From: an uncultured delta proteobacterium
GTDB taxonomy: Bacteria; Desulfobacterota; Binatia; UBA9968
Length of the DNA stretch: 64,000 bases
Reading direction: 5' to 3'
Assembly: GCA_963816145.1 (NCBI GenBank)
Contig: CAWFJP010000011.1
Span: 96,001 to 160,000 of the forward strand
Shown: piece after piece, positions 47,961 to 57,189 of the stretch
Numbering within the stretch: the stretch's first letter is position 1
How the letters are laid out: the number at the start of each line of letters is the position of its first letter
The notes under the pieces: model-generated
What the model saw: the letters and a program-made list of their open reading frames with translations, nothing else
The model's database searches: none
Told to the model about the DNA's origin: nothing
Translations under genes and position numbers: made by a program

Positions 47961-48107
47961 CTAAAGCATGCGATAGTTACGCACTGAAACCCAGATCGCC
48001 ACAAAGACAACGACGAGTGACACAATCGGGTGATTCAACACCCACACTAGCGCCGGTTCGAAAGCATGCCGGGTAACCCACTCAAAAGACCGTGAAAGTT
48101 GTTCCAT
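47961..48107 (-). CDS. Small 48-aa membrane protein (not in ORF track)
   Basis: MEQLSRSFEWVTRHAFEPALVWVLNHPIVSLVVVFVAIWVSVRNYRML*; GAGGTGAGG upstream; one TM helix followed by basic residues. Confidence 0.55.
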   Translation of the reverse strand: MEQLSRSFEWVTRHAFEPALVWVLNHPIVSLVVVFVAIWVSVRNYRML

Positions 48108-48533
48108 GCCGCACCCTCACCTCAATTATTTTTTACTATTCTATTACAACCGCTGCCTGCCGGGAACTACAATTCTGCTCCCATCAATTAAATTAAATGG
48201 CCGCCCGGGTTGCTCGGCTATCATTGCACAGCCATTTTTATTGAAACATGCACCGCGCGAATCGCCTCGCCGTCAGCCAAACTAACCAGCCACCTGGACG
48301 TCATTGACAAGACAGAACCATTGTCGACCCACAGTCTGTCCGAGCGTTGAGGTAATTTAGGTCAGTTTTAGATCATTTACGCAAGATATAAGTAGACTTC
48401 TGTACATTCCTGGACGAGGCTGAACAATTCTGCAAGCTTCGACCTCGGATTTCACCATCCACTCGATTACCCAAGCTCTCGTAACTACCTAAATTTACGC
48501 AGAATTCACCCACCCGAAGATATTTCGAGAGTC

Positions 48534-48549
48534 TGGCACCGCGGTTGCT
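48534..48549 (+). promoter_or_regulatory. Sigma54 (-24/-12) promoter
   Basis: TGGCAC-CGCGG-TTGCT with exact GG-N10-GC spacing, about 40 bp upstream of AAGGAG and the ATG at 48588. Confidence 0.75.
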
Positions 48550-48587
48550 CTATCGTCGGTACATCAACGCAAATAAAGGAGCATCCG

Positions 48588-48737
48588 ATGAAACTATTAC
48601 TCGCCACCATGTTCAAGAAAGTTCCCGTGCGCAAGACCAAACAGCGCGCGACGATCTGCAAACAATGCGGCACGAGAATCTACTCGTTGAGTTTTCTCAA
48701 AGCCCATCTCGAGTCCCATAATCGGAAATCGCACTAA
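48588..48737 (+). CDS. 49-aa basic protein with a classical C2H2 zinc finger (not in ORF track)
   Basis: MKLLLATMFKKVPVRKTKQRATICKQCGTRIYSLSFLKAHLESHNRKSH*; C-x2-C-x12-H-x3-H; strong AAGGAG RBS. Confidence 0.7.
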   Translation: MKLLLATMFKKVPVRKTKQRATICKQCGTRIYSLSFLKAHLESHNRKSH

Positions 48738-48762
48738 TCCATAATTGCAAGGAGATAGGAAA

Positions 48763-48969
48763 ATGGAAGTCCCGGTGATCCCGTGGAAAGTCTTTCTCGA
48801 CGCCCTTCAGCATCAGCAAGCGAGTACCTTGGAGCCTTGGTTGCGCCGCTGGTGGTTCACCAACGAAGGCGTGATTATGGAAAGCTCGGCTTGGCAAGAC
48901 ATGGTTGGTCGAATCGACAATAGCGCAGCAGACCATGAAGCTGTTCAAGCGCAATTCGAGCAGCGATAG
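48763..48969 (+). CDS. Small Trp-rich hypothetical protein (68 aa)
   Basis: AAGGAGATAGGA RBS; MEVPVIPWKVFLDAL...LEPWLRRWWFTNEG. Confidence 0.55.
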   Translation: MEVPVIPWKVFLDALQHQQASTLEPWLRRWWFTNEGVIMESSAWQDMVGRIDNSAADHEAVQAQFEQR

Positions 48970-49171
48970 TCAGCGGCCGGTCACGGCGCGCTGCAATCAT
49001 CCGCTCGCGGTGATCGTCGATCCGACCGAGCGGGAGGTGAAGGAACTCGAAACCATGCTCGCCCACTGTCCCAATTGCAGTCAATGGCATCCCGGCGACG
49101 GTCCGATCATGGCGGTACTCAACAGCACTGAAGATTCGAGTCAGAATAATTCCAACAACCATTCGCTGTGA
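48935..49171 (+). CDS. Small hypothetical protein with CxH...CxxC putative Zn site
   Basis: MKLFKRN...RCNHPLAVIVDP...HCPNCSQWH; overlaps the previous ORF by 35 nt. Confidence 0.45.
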   Translation: MKLFKRNSSSDSQRPVTARCNHPLAVIVDPTEREVKELETMLAHCPNCSQWHPGDGPIMAVLNSTEDSSQNNSNNHSL

Positions 49172-49210
49172 CACATCGAGAAAAATCACCGACACCAGGA
49201 AAGCGCAACC

Positions 49211-49477
49211 ATGGAAGCCCTAAAGATCATTCTCCCGAGCGCCGAACGCAAACCCTGCGTGTGCGGCGCCACGCTTTATCGCACAAACGTAACGAGGCCT
49301 CAGAGCGAACCGATCTGGCTCTGCTCGCGCCACTGCGGCGCCCGCGGCCACACCTACGAAGGCGCGCTGCGGCGCAAAATTAGACTGGATCTGTTGAGCT
49401 GGGGCGATCTGCGGCGCAACGCGCAGAAGTTGATTGCCGCCGACACGGAAATCGAAGATGAGTTTGTTTTGCAATAG
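49211..49477 (+). CDS. Small hypothetical protein with CxC...CxxxC putative zinc ribbon
   Basis: KPCVCGA...WLCSRHCG; AGGA upstream. Confidence 0.55.
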   Translation: MEALKIILPSAERKPCVCGATLYRTNVTRPQSEPIWLCSRHCGARGHTYEGALRRKIRLDLLSWGDLRRNAQKLIAADTEIEDEFVLQ

Positions 49478-50080
49478 CAATGGCGCTTATTTCCACCTCT
49501 GTTTTAATCCGGATAAAGTGCGGTCATGCCGCTGTATGGAGTTGCAATAGCTCAACTGACGATAAACTTGTTCGCTTCAGTCTCCCTGGTGTAGCGCGAC
49601 AGTGATCGCAGTCTTCCACCCCTGGCCATTTTAACAACAAGAGATAGTCAAGACATAAATGGCCTGAGCGCAGTTCCACTACCTGGAATACCCCGCGTCC
49701 GAAATGCATTCGTCGAGCTAGTCCATCTAGTCAACAACGTGCCGTCCATCCAATGTAAACACGCGATGTGGATAGGCGACGACCCCTTGAATGCCATCCG
49801 AAGATCACCCTGTTTCAGCCGTTGTCCCGGGGGCAAGTCCGACACTTTTCAAACCATCCACCGTTTTCTGTGTGACGCGCTTATCGTTCCCGAGGAACGC
49901 ATGGACCTCGTGCCGGTCATTTGTTGTTTGCCTTTGGGTGACAACCATTCGAGCAAATGTGGAGGCTTTGCACACGATCTTCGCGTTTCTGTTGATCAAG
50001 GTAAATCTAGCCGTTAACTGTTCCGGTGATTCTGGCTTGTTCGTTACCGCATCTGCCATTGAATGCCGTTAATTTAAGCT

Positions 50081-50110
50081 TTGTAGTTTTGTCTCGCACG
50101 CAGCTATAAT
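50081..50110 (+). promoter_or_regulatory. Putative sigma70 promoter of the A-PCP gene
   Basis: TTGTAG-N18-TATAAT, 60 bp upstream of the start. Confidence 0.4.
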
Positions 50111-50170
50111 GCGTCGACTAAAATAGTGAAAGGTTGGCACCTAGAAGATCGAAAAGTGTGAGGCAAAACT

Positions 50171-52132
50171 ATGAAGTTACCGCCGGAGCAAGAAGCTATA
50201 CGAGCGAAGTGTTTTCATCCATCGGGAACGTTTGTTGAGTTCCCCTCAGAGGATGTCGAGACTTCAATCCCGGCGCGCTTTGAGAAAATGGTAAGAACGC
50301 ATCCGCACCGCATAGCAATCAAAGCGGGAGAGTATACGGTTCACTATGACCAGCTTAATGTGATGGCGAATCGCGTGGCGGGAACTGTCATTGGCGAGGC
50401 CTCCACAGCTGCTGGACCAGTATGCATGTTGATTGATAATGGACCGGACTTGATAGCCACAATGCTCGGCATCTTGAAAGCTGGCCGATTCTTTACCCTT
50501 GTCGATGCGTCTTTTCCGAAGGCAAGAATCGACTCTACCGTTAGAGACTCCCAATCAAGGTTGCTTCTGCATCAGAAGCGGCATTCGTTGCTGGCACAAG
50601 AGATTGCGGCGGGTTGTAAATTGGTGCAAGTAGAATCTCTCGAAACTTCCGCCTGCGGCGATAATGCTGTGATGCCAATTGCGCCGACTGATCCGAGTAC
50701 AGTGATATATACCTCGGGTTCAACCGGCCAACCCAAGGGCGTTGTTCATAGCCATCGAAGTCTGCTGCATAAAACTTTGCGGCGCACCAACGCATTTCAC
50801 GTGTCCCCGGAGGATAGAATAAGTCTACTTTCCTCAGGCACGTCCAATGTGGTTTCCATTGCATTTAGCGCAATCCTCAACGGCGCGGCCCTTATCACTT
50901 TCGATACACGAAAGGACGGTATTCTTAACTTAAAGGGATGGTTACAGGCAGAAAAGATTTCTATCGCTTTTATCAGTGCGCAGTTTTTTCGAATGCTATC
51001 CGATAGTTTGACAGAGAAAGATGGCCTCCCCGATCTTCGTCTGGTTCGCCTTTCAAGCGAGGCGGCTCGCTGCGGCGACTTTGAGCTTTTTCGAAGACAT
51101 TTCCCAAAACATTGCACTCTAGTTAATGGGTTGTCGTCCAGCGAAACTGGAGTCATAAGAAAATACTTCATGGACCATAACTCGCAGATGTTCACGGACA
51201 ATCTGCCTATCGGTTATCCCGAGGAGGGCATGGAAATATTTTTGCTGGATGATAACGGCCAGCAGGTCGGGGTCGACAATGACGGCGAGATCGTGGTTCG
51301 AAGCAAGTATTTGGCGTCCGGATATTGGAACAACCCAGCTTTGAGCGCAGCCAAGTTTAAGCAGGACCCGGAGGACTCAGAGAAGCTGATTTACTACACG
51401 GGAGATTTAGCGCTGATGCGTCCGGACGGTTGCCTGATCCATAAGGGACGAAAAGACTACCGCATAAAAATACGAGGTTACGGGGTCGACCTTTTGGAGG
51501 TCGAAAAAGCTCTGCTATCGCATCCGGACATTCACGAAGCCCTGATAACGACAATAGAAAAGGAGGACGGAACTGCTCGTTTGATCGCCTATTTTGTTTG
51601 CGGTCGCCAAGGCGATGTTACAGTGAGCGAGCTACGAAACCATTTGAAGAACAAGCTCGCTGAATACATGATTCCATCGCTGTTTATCAAACTCGACCAT
51701 CTCCCTCTGACTGCAAACGGAAAGATTGACCGTAAAGCTCTGCCCAAGCCGGATCATTCGCGCCCGGAACTATGCTCGCCGTACGCTAATCCACAGAATC
51801 AGATTGAAGAGTACCTGGTGCGGATTTGGGAGGAAGTCCTTGATGTCCGCCCCCTTGGCATCGACGATAACTTCTTCGACGTGGGTGGTCACTCTTTGGC
51901 AGCGACTATGGTTGTCTCCCGCGTTATCCAACAGTTCCAGATCGACATGCCACTGAAATCGCTGTTTCAATCTCCGACCATCGCCGACATGGCCGCCGTA
52001 GTCACCGCACATCTAGGGAAAACTTTAGACGAGAACCAGTTGGAAATTATCCTAGACGAATTAGCGTCGTTATCGGACGCGGAAGCTCAGCAGCTTGTGA
52101 GCGAAAGTAATTCGACGATCACCAAAAAATAG
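50171..52132 (+). CDS. Stand-alone NRPS-like adenylation-PCP didomain protein
   Basis: A3 YTSGSTGQPKG, A6 GEIVVR...GYW, A7 YTGDL, A8 GRKD..IKIRG, A10 NGKIDR; PCP DNFFDVGGHSL; C-terminal acidic helix. Confidence 0.92.
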   Translation: MKLPPEQEAIRAKCFHPSGTFVEFPSEDVETSIPARFEKMVRTHPHRIAIKAGEYTVHYDQLNVMANRVAGTVIGEASTAAGPVCMLIDNGPDLIATMLGILKAGRFFTLVDASFPKARIDSTVRDSQSRLLLHQKRHSLLAQEIAAGCKLVQVESLETSACGDNAVMPIAPTDPSTVIYTSGSTGQPKGVVHSHRSLLHKTLRRTNAFHVSPEDRISLLSSGTSNVVSIAFSAILNGAALITFDTRKDGILNLKGWLQAEKISIAFISAQFFRMLSDSLTEKDGLPDLRLVRLSSEAARCGDFELFRRHFPKHCTLVNGLSSSETGVIRKYFMDHNSQMFTDNLPIGYPEEGMEIFLLDDNGQQVGVDNDGEIVVRSKYLASGYWNNPALSAAKFKQDPEDSEKLIYYTGDLALMRPDGCLIHKGRKDYRIKIRGYGVDLLEVEKALLSHPDIHEALITTIEKEDGTARLIAYFVCGRQGDVTVSELRNHLKNKLAEYMIPSLFIKLDHLPLTANGKIDRKALPKPDHSRPELCSPYANPQNQIEEYLVRIWEEVLDVRPLGIDDNFFDVGGHSLAATMVVSRVIQQFQIDMPLKSLFQSPTIADMAAVVTAHLGKTLDENQLEIILDELASLSDAEAQQLVSESNSTITKK

Positions 52133-52454
52133 TTCCATCTTCTTATGCGGAGGACGGTCAATCCGTCTTCCTGGCCCACTAGCACTGGTCAATCCCGCAA
52201 AAACCAAAACGGTTTCGGTTGTCCTACTGTTCTCGTCCTAGCGTTGGACCGTCGGCGCATGGGGGGAGGGGTTGACCCCGGCTCACACCTAACACTTGCC
52301 CCCGCAAGGAGGTAAACAGAATTATCAATCAAGTGCACGCGGGAATCATACCTACCGGCCTGCATCTGAAGATCTGAAAGCCATGCGTGACCGAAATCCG
52401 AGGGTGTCGTCGGATACTTCCCTCATAAACCCATTCATGTAACGAAACGGTCGA

Positions 52455-53348
52455 TTAAAATACGGCCGTTTCGCCGCACAGCAAATCTAAGAACGGTTTA
52501 GCCGGCCCCAAGAGTTTCCTATCCTTGTGCGTTATAGCGCGGAACTCACGCTTCATCGGAGAACCGGCAATCCTAGCATAGGCCAACGTATTGGTTTGTT
52601 TCTCCAGTTGGATGCTGCATTGGGGAGTGATGGAACAACCAAGGCCTTCTGCGACCGCTTTTTTTAACGCTTCAGAGGTCTCAATCACCATCATACAATC
52701 GTAAGAGAGTCCGGCAGCACGAAAACTTTCATCGATGATCGATCTTGGTAAAGAGCCCTTATCTCTTAAAATGAGTGGGAATTTGGCGATTTGCTTTAAG
52801 GTTACTTTCGGTCGCCCGGCAAGCGGATGATCGGGGGGGGTGATCAGGACGAATTCATCAGTAAGATAGTGTACGACTTTAAAGGCTGAGGGGTTCGTCA
52901 TAGTTCCCGACACCATTCCTAAATCCAATTCGTTGGCGAGTATTTGCTTTTCAATCTCCGCAGTTTTCTCGACGACAATTTTAATTTCGACATTCGGGAA
53001 TGTTCTTTTAAATTGCACTAACACCTTTGGCAATAAATGAACCGCAATCGTGGTGGTAGCACCGCACCGTAATTGGCCTCTTTTGAAGCCCTTAAGTTCA
53101 TCTATCGCCAAAATCATTTCGTCGAGGACAATCATCACTCGATCGGTATATTCCGCCACGATTCTTCCGGCATCGGTCAACTCAATTCTCCGTCCCAAGC
53201 GTTTGAAAAGCTCAGTGCCTAATTGTTTTTCAAGTTCCTTGACGCGAATTGAGATCGCCGGTTGGCTCAAATGGATCGATTCCATCGCGCGCTCAAAACC
53301 ACCCTTCTTTACGACGGCCGAGAAAGCCTTTAATTGATCAAGTTGCAT
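52455..53348 (-). CDS. LysR family transcriptional regulator
   Basis: HTH LSQPAISIRVKELEKQLG, LTDAG; LysR substrate-binding domain. Confidence 0.95.
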   Translation of the reverse strand: MQLDQLKAFSAVVKKGGFERAMESIHLSQPAISIRVKELEKQLGTELFKRLGRRIELTDAGRIVAEYTDRVMIVLDEMILAIDELKGFKRGQLRCGATTTIAVHLLPKVLVQFKRTFPNVEIKIVVEKTAEIEKQILANELDLGMVSGTMTNPSAFKVVHYLTDEFVLITPPDHPLAGRPKVTLKQIAKFPLILRDKGSLPRSIIDESFRAAGLSYDCMMVIETSEALKKAVAEGLGCSITPQCSIQLEKQTNTLAYARIAGSPMKREFRAITHKDRKLLGPAKPFLDLLCGETAVF

Positions 53349-53377
53349 AAGATTTTTAAATACTCCTAATAAAAAAG

Positions 53378-53392
53378 ATAAATTTGACTTAT
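53378..53392. promoter_or_regulatory. Putative LysR binding box
   Basis: ATAA-N7-TTAT palindrome between divergent lysR and amidohydrolase genes. Confidence 0.55.
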
Positions 53393-53440
53393 ATCTAAGT
53401 TCGGTTCAAAAAGTCAACGATAATTAGCATTTGGAGGACA

Positions 53441-54595
53441 ATGACCATGGCGAGAAACGGATTTAAGGTTTTCGATGCTGACACCCATGTCGGCCCGGCA
53501 GTAGAAATCCTGGATAAATACCTAACCGAAGCAGAGAGACGAAAGCTTGAACCTTGGGAGCCCTACAAATGGACCGACCCCCAAATTGGTAACGTCATGT
53601 ACATCCGAGGACGCCGCAAATATCTCCGGCGTCTCGGTTCAGCACAACCAGAGGAGGACAAGCCAAAGACCTCCAGATTTAGCGGCGCCCTTAAAAACGA
53701 ACGAGTCCCGCTTTCCGACAATGACCCGGCAGAGCGCATAAGGGATATGGATATTGAAGGGGTGGACGTCGCTCTAATGCTGCCCTCGTCGTGGTTTGGC
53801 ACATTCACTGTAGGCGATGATATCGATTTGGAAACGATAATGTATCGAGCCTATCACCGGTGGATGGCCGATTATTGTGGTGCCTATCCGCACCGATTGA
53901 AGGGCGTCCTGGCGGTGTGCGTTCGTGATTTAAAGGCAGGACTACTAGAGATTGAGCGATGTGCCAAGGAGAATTGGCCTCTGGCGGCGCTCGTGTATGC
54001 CCCGACTGGATATCCGCTCGATCACCCGGATCTCGAACCATTATGGGCTGCATGCCAGCACCACGACTTCGCTGTCGCGCTTCATCCGTTTACCACAACG
54101 CCACCTTACGCCGCCGGCGGTTTGGACGTGTATGACAATCATTGGATTTTGCGTTGCACATCACAAACATGGACGGCGATGCGCGACACTGCCGCCATTC
54201 TGGGCGCTGGTATAATGGACCGCTATCCGACGCTTCGTTTAGCGCCACTGGAAGCAGGCCACAGCTGGCTGCCCTTCTGGATGGCCAGGATGGACGAGTT
54301 TTCCCGCTCCCATGCCAAAGGATTGCCGCCGCTGAAAAAGAAACCCAGCGAGTACATACTCAGTGGTCGTTATTTCCAAAGCATCGAGATGTCCGAGGGC
54401 GAAAAGCTCACCAAATCCATGATTGACATCCTCGGCGAGGATATTCTGATGTATGCGTCAGACTTTCCTCATCTGGAAAGCTGGTTCCCGGAATCCGTCG
54501 ATACTGTTATGGCGTGGGATTTGCCGGAACGAGTCAAGCGAAAACTGTTTTGGGATAACGCGGTCAAATACTACGCCAGGTATAGTGACGATTAG
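53441..54595 (+). CDS. Amidohydrolase_2 family protein
   Basis: FDADTH, DMDIEGVD, RAYHRW, LEAG, YASDFPH, LFWDNA. Confidence 0.9.
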   Translation: MTMARNGFKVFDADTHVGPAVEILDKYLTEAERRKLEPWEPYKWTDPQIGNVMYIRGRRKYLRRLGSAQPEEDKPKTSRFSGALKNERVPLSDNDPAERIRDMDIEGVDVALMLPSSWFGTFTVGDDIDLETIMYRAYHRWMADYCGAYPHRLKGVLAVCVRDLKAGLLEIERCAKENWPLAALVYAPTGYPLDHPDLEPLWAACQHHDFAVALHPFTTTPPYAAGGLDVYDNHWILRCTSQTWTAMRDTAAILGAGIMDRYPTLRLAPLEAGHSWLPFWMARMDEFSRSHAKGLPPLKKKPSEYILSGRYFQSIEMSEGEKLTKSMIDILGEDILMYASDFPHLESWFPESVDTVMAWDLPERVKRKLFWDNAVKYYARYSDD

Positions 54596-54679
54596 GTAGT
54601 GTGCGTACTCATATTGTCTTTGCTGCTTAAGCCTTGATCAAGTTCACAAGGACTTAAGTAAAGTTAGGGGTAATTTCTA

Positions 54680-55699
54680 ATGAGCCGTATGCGTTTAACG
54701 TTCCCGGCAATTCTCATGTTTATCACTTGGGTAGTGAGTTCCACCACACTGGCCCAGACCCGAGAAGAGTTGATCCAAGGGGCCAAAAAAGAAGGCAAAG
54801 TCGTTTGGTACGGAATCATTAGCGCCGAAGACATAAAGCAACTCGCCGGTGCATTTCAGAAAAAATATCCCTTCATTCAGGTCGAAACCTATCGCGCCAG
54901 CACTGAAGCGGTCGCGAATAAGATTCTGACAGAAACACAGGCCGGCAGATTCCTTTATGACATCGTAAACAATGGGGCTTTTGAAATATGGCCGCTTTAC
55001 AAACGAGGCCTATTGGGCAAATACATTTCGCCCGAAAGGAAACCCTACCCACTTTCTGCTCAGGACCCAGAGGGCTACTGGAATGATCTTTATGACAGCC
55101 ATTACGTCATCGGCTATCAAACGAGATTAATTTCTACCAAGGAGGCGCCCAAGGATTGGGAAGATTTGCTTAACCCCAAGTGGAAGGGCAACATCGCGCT
55201 CGATGCAGAAGACCATGAGTGGTACATGGCTATGCTTGCATCGATGGGAGAAGAGAAAGGCAAGGCGTTTATGAAGCGTCTTGCCAAGCAGGATATCCAG
55301 TGGCGCAAGGGTCACACCCTCATCGCCCAACAGATGGCAGCAGGAGAGTTTCCGCTGGCCTTAATTTACGCTCACCGGGCAGAAAAGATGAAGGCTCAAG
55401 GCGCTCCCATTGATTGGGCGGAGACTTCCAATCCCATTGTGACCGGCATGCGAGTCGTATCTATTGGAGTCCGGCCGCCAAACCCCAATGCGGCGAAGCT
55501 CATGTTTGATTTCGTGATCTCCAAGGAGGGGCAATCTCTAATTCGGTCGTTTTATAGAATTCCCGGTCATCCCGAAGTGGAGCCTTTAACGCCGAAACTG
55601 GATCCAAAAAAATTGAAACTCTTTCGGGCTGCGCCGAATCTGGCCGAAAATTCTGACCGACAGATACGCGAGTTTCGCGAGATATTCGACTTAAAGTAG
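54680..55699 (+). CDS. Extracellular solute-binding protein (AfuA/FbpA-like class)
   Basis: GAKKEGKVVWY, PKDWEDLLNPKWKG, GAPIDW, PNAAKL; paralog of 32192..33283. Confidence 0.88.
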   Translation: MSRMRLTFPAILMFITWVVSSTTLAQTREELIQGAKKEGKVVWYGIISAEDIKQLAGAFQKKYPFIQVETYRASTEAVANKILTETQAGRFLYDIVNNGAFEIWPLYKRGLLGKYISPERKPYPLSAQDPEGYWNDLYDSHYVIGYQTRLISTKEAPKDWEDLLNPKWKGNIALDAEDHEWYMAMLASMGEEKGKAFMKRLAKQDIQWRKGHTLIAQQMAAGEFPLALIYAHRAEKMKAQGAPIDWAETSNPIVTGMRVVSIGVRPPNPNAAKLMFDFVISKEGQSLIRSFYRIPGHPEVEPLTPKLDPKKLKLFRAAPNLAENSDRQIREFREIFDLK

Positions 55700-56079
55700 A
55701 CGTGGTCGCTGTCAAGCGAAAGTTCATCCACGTGCAACCTGGAAAATCGTGTGTCAATCACCAAACACCGCATCGACGTTTTGGCGAATACTCTGGCATC
55801 CTTAATATCCGTAATTTAGATCTGCTTAAGCGACCACTGAACTATTGATCCAGCGGCCCTAGTTTAATAGATGTGAGCAACGCCATAGTCTAGAACCGAC
55901 CTTTTCAATCTAATCTCAGCAGTTAATCACGTAGTGTTCCTACAATGAAGTCCGTCGAAACTTCGACAACACTCATGAATTTTTTGCTTCTAGCAAAGTA
56001 ATGGCCAAACAGACGGCAAAACGCTTCTCAGCGCGCAGAGCGGAAAATGCAACTGATTGGATTTGAAGAGGTAAAAATG

Positions 56080-56152
56080 TGGCCAGGGACGGAATCGAAC
56101 CGCCGACACGGAGATTTTCAGTCTCCTGCTCTACCGACTGAGCTACCTGGCC
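56080..56152 (-). tRNA. tRNA-Phe (GAA)
   Basis: Reverse complement GGCCAGGTAGCTCAGTCGGTAGAGCAGGAGACTGAAAATCTCCGTGTCGGCGGTTCGATTCCGTCCCTGGCCA folds as a cloverleaf with anticodon GAA; CCA not encoded. Confidence 0.97.
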
Positions 56153-56205
56153 AGATGAAGTGAAACTGGAATATTGCTTAAATGTTTCGGCGAGTCAAGT
56201 TTAGC

Positions 56206-57168
56206 CTAGATCTTGGCGAGCTTTTCGACCTGGCTTTCGACGAAATCGATCACTTGGGTTTCGAGCCGTACGCCGTCTAGGGCATTGATCTCCTGAATCC
56301 CCGTCGGGCTGGTCACGTTGACCTCGGTGAGAAAGCTGCCGATCACGTCCAATCCAACAAAGTAAAGTCCATCCGCTCGCAAAAGCGGCGCTAAGTCGGC
56401 GCAAATTTCTCGGTCCCGCTCTGTCACTTCAGTCCTCACGCACTGGCCGCCGACATGAATGTTGCCGCGGGTTTCAAACTCCAGCGGCACGCGCAGGACC
56501 GCGCCGAGCGGCTCGCCGTTGAGAACGATAATCCGTTTGTCGCCTTGGCGGATCTCGGGCAAGTAGCGTTGTCCCATCACCAACCGCCGGCCGTTGTCAG
56601 TGGCGGCTTCGAGGATCGAGTTGGTATTGCGGTCCTGACCGTTTAGGTAGAACACGCCGCTGCCGCCGCAACCGTCGAGCGGTTTAACGATCATCTCGCC
56701 GCCCAATTCATCCATGAACGAGCGCAAGCGCTCCATGTTGCTGCTGACCAGCGTTTGCGGAATTTGTTCGGGGAAGCGCATGGCATAGAGCTTTTCGTTG
56801 GCTTCGCGCAGCCCCTTGGGATTGTTCATCACGAAGCATTTGCTCGGTTCGATCAGACTGAGCAGATGAGTCGCGAAGAAAAACTTCATATCGAAGGGCG
56901 GATCTTTGCGCATCCACACCGAGTCGAAGTCGTCAAGATCTCCGGTGGCAAATTCGCCGAGTTGGGAGTGAGGCGTGGTGCGCGCCAATTCCACACGGCG
57001 ATAACAGCCATGGGCGGCGCCGCTGCGGACGAACAAGTCGTCGATTTCCATGAAATACAGTTCATGGCCGCGTCGCTGCGCTTCGAGCATCAGGACGAAT
57101 GTGGTGTCCTTGTCGATGTTGATTTTGTCGACGGGGTCCATCACGACCCCGATTCTAAGTTTGCTCAT
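56206..57168 (-). CDS. gshB: Glutathione synthetase
   Basis: VMDP, KDTT, MRKDPPFD, NEKL, KPLDG, GDKRI, RGNIHVGG, EVNVTSPTG. Confidence 0.96.
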   Translation of the reverse strand: MSKLRIGVVMDPVDKINIDKDTTFVLMLEAQRRGHELYFMEIDDLFVRSGAAHGCYRRVELARTTPHSQLGEFATGDLDDFDSVWMRKDPPFDMKFFFATHLLSLIEPSKCFVMNNPKGLREANEKLYAMRFPEQIPQTLVSSNMERLRSFMDELGGEMIVKPLDGCGGSGVFYLNGQDRNTNSILEAATDNGRRLVMGQRYLPEIRQGDKRIIVLNGEPLGAVLRVPLEFETRGNIHVGGQCVRTEVTERDREICADLAPLLRADGLYFVGLDVIGSFLTEVNVTSPTGIQEINALDGVRLETQVIDFVESQVEKLAKI

Positions 57169-57189
57169 AACGAACTCATCCCGCGTTAC

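Noticed and set aside
49524-50072. Short ORFs upstream of the A-PCP gene (e.g. 49805..50059)
   Set aside because: No recognisable motifs and several mutually overlapping frames; coding status cannot be supported
52140-52450. Possible att site or ncRNA between the A-PCP gene and lysR
   Set aside because: No match to the tRNA-Phe 3' end and only short, weak hairpins
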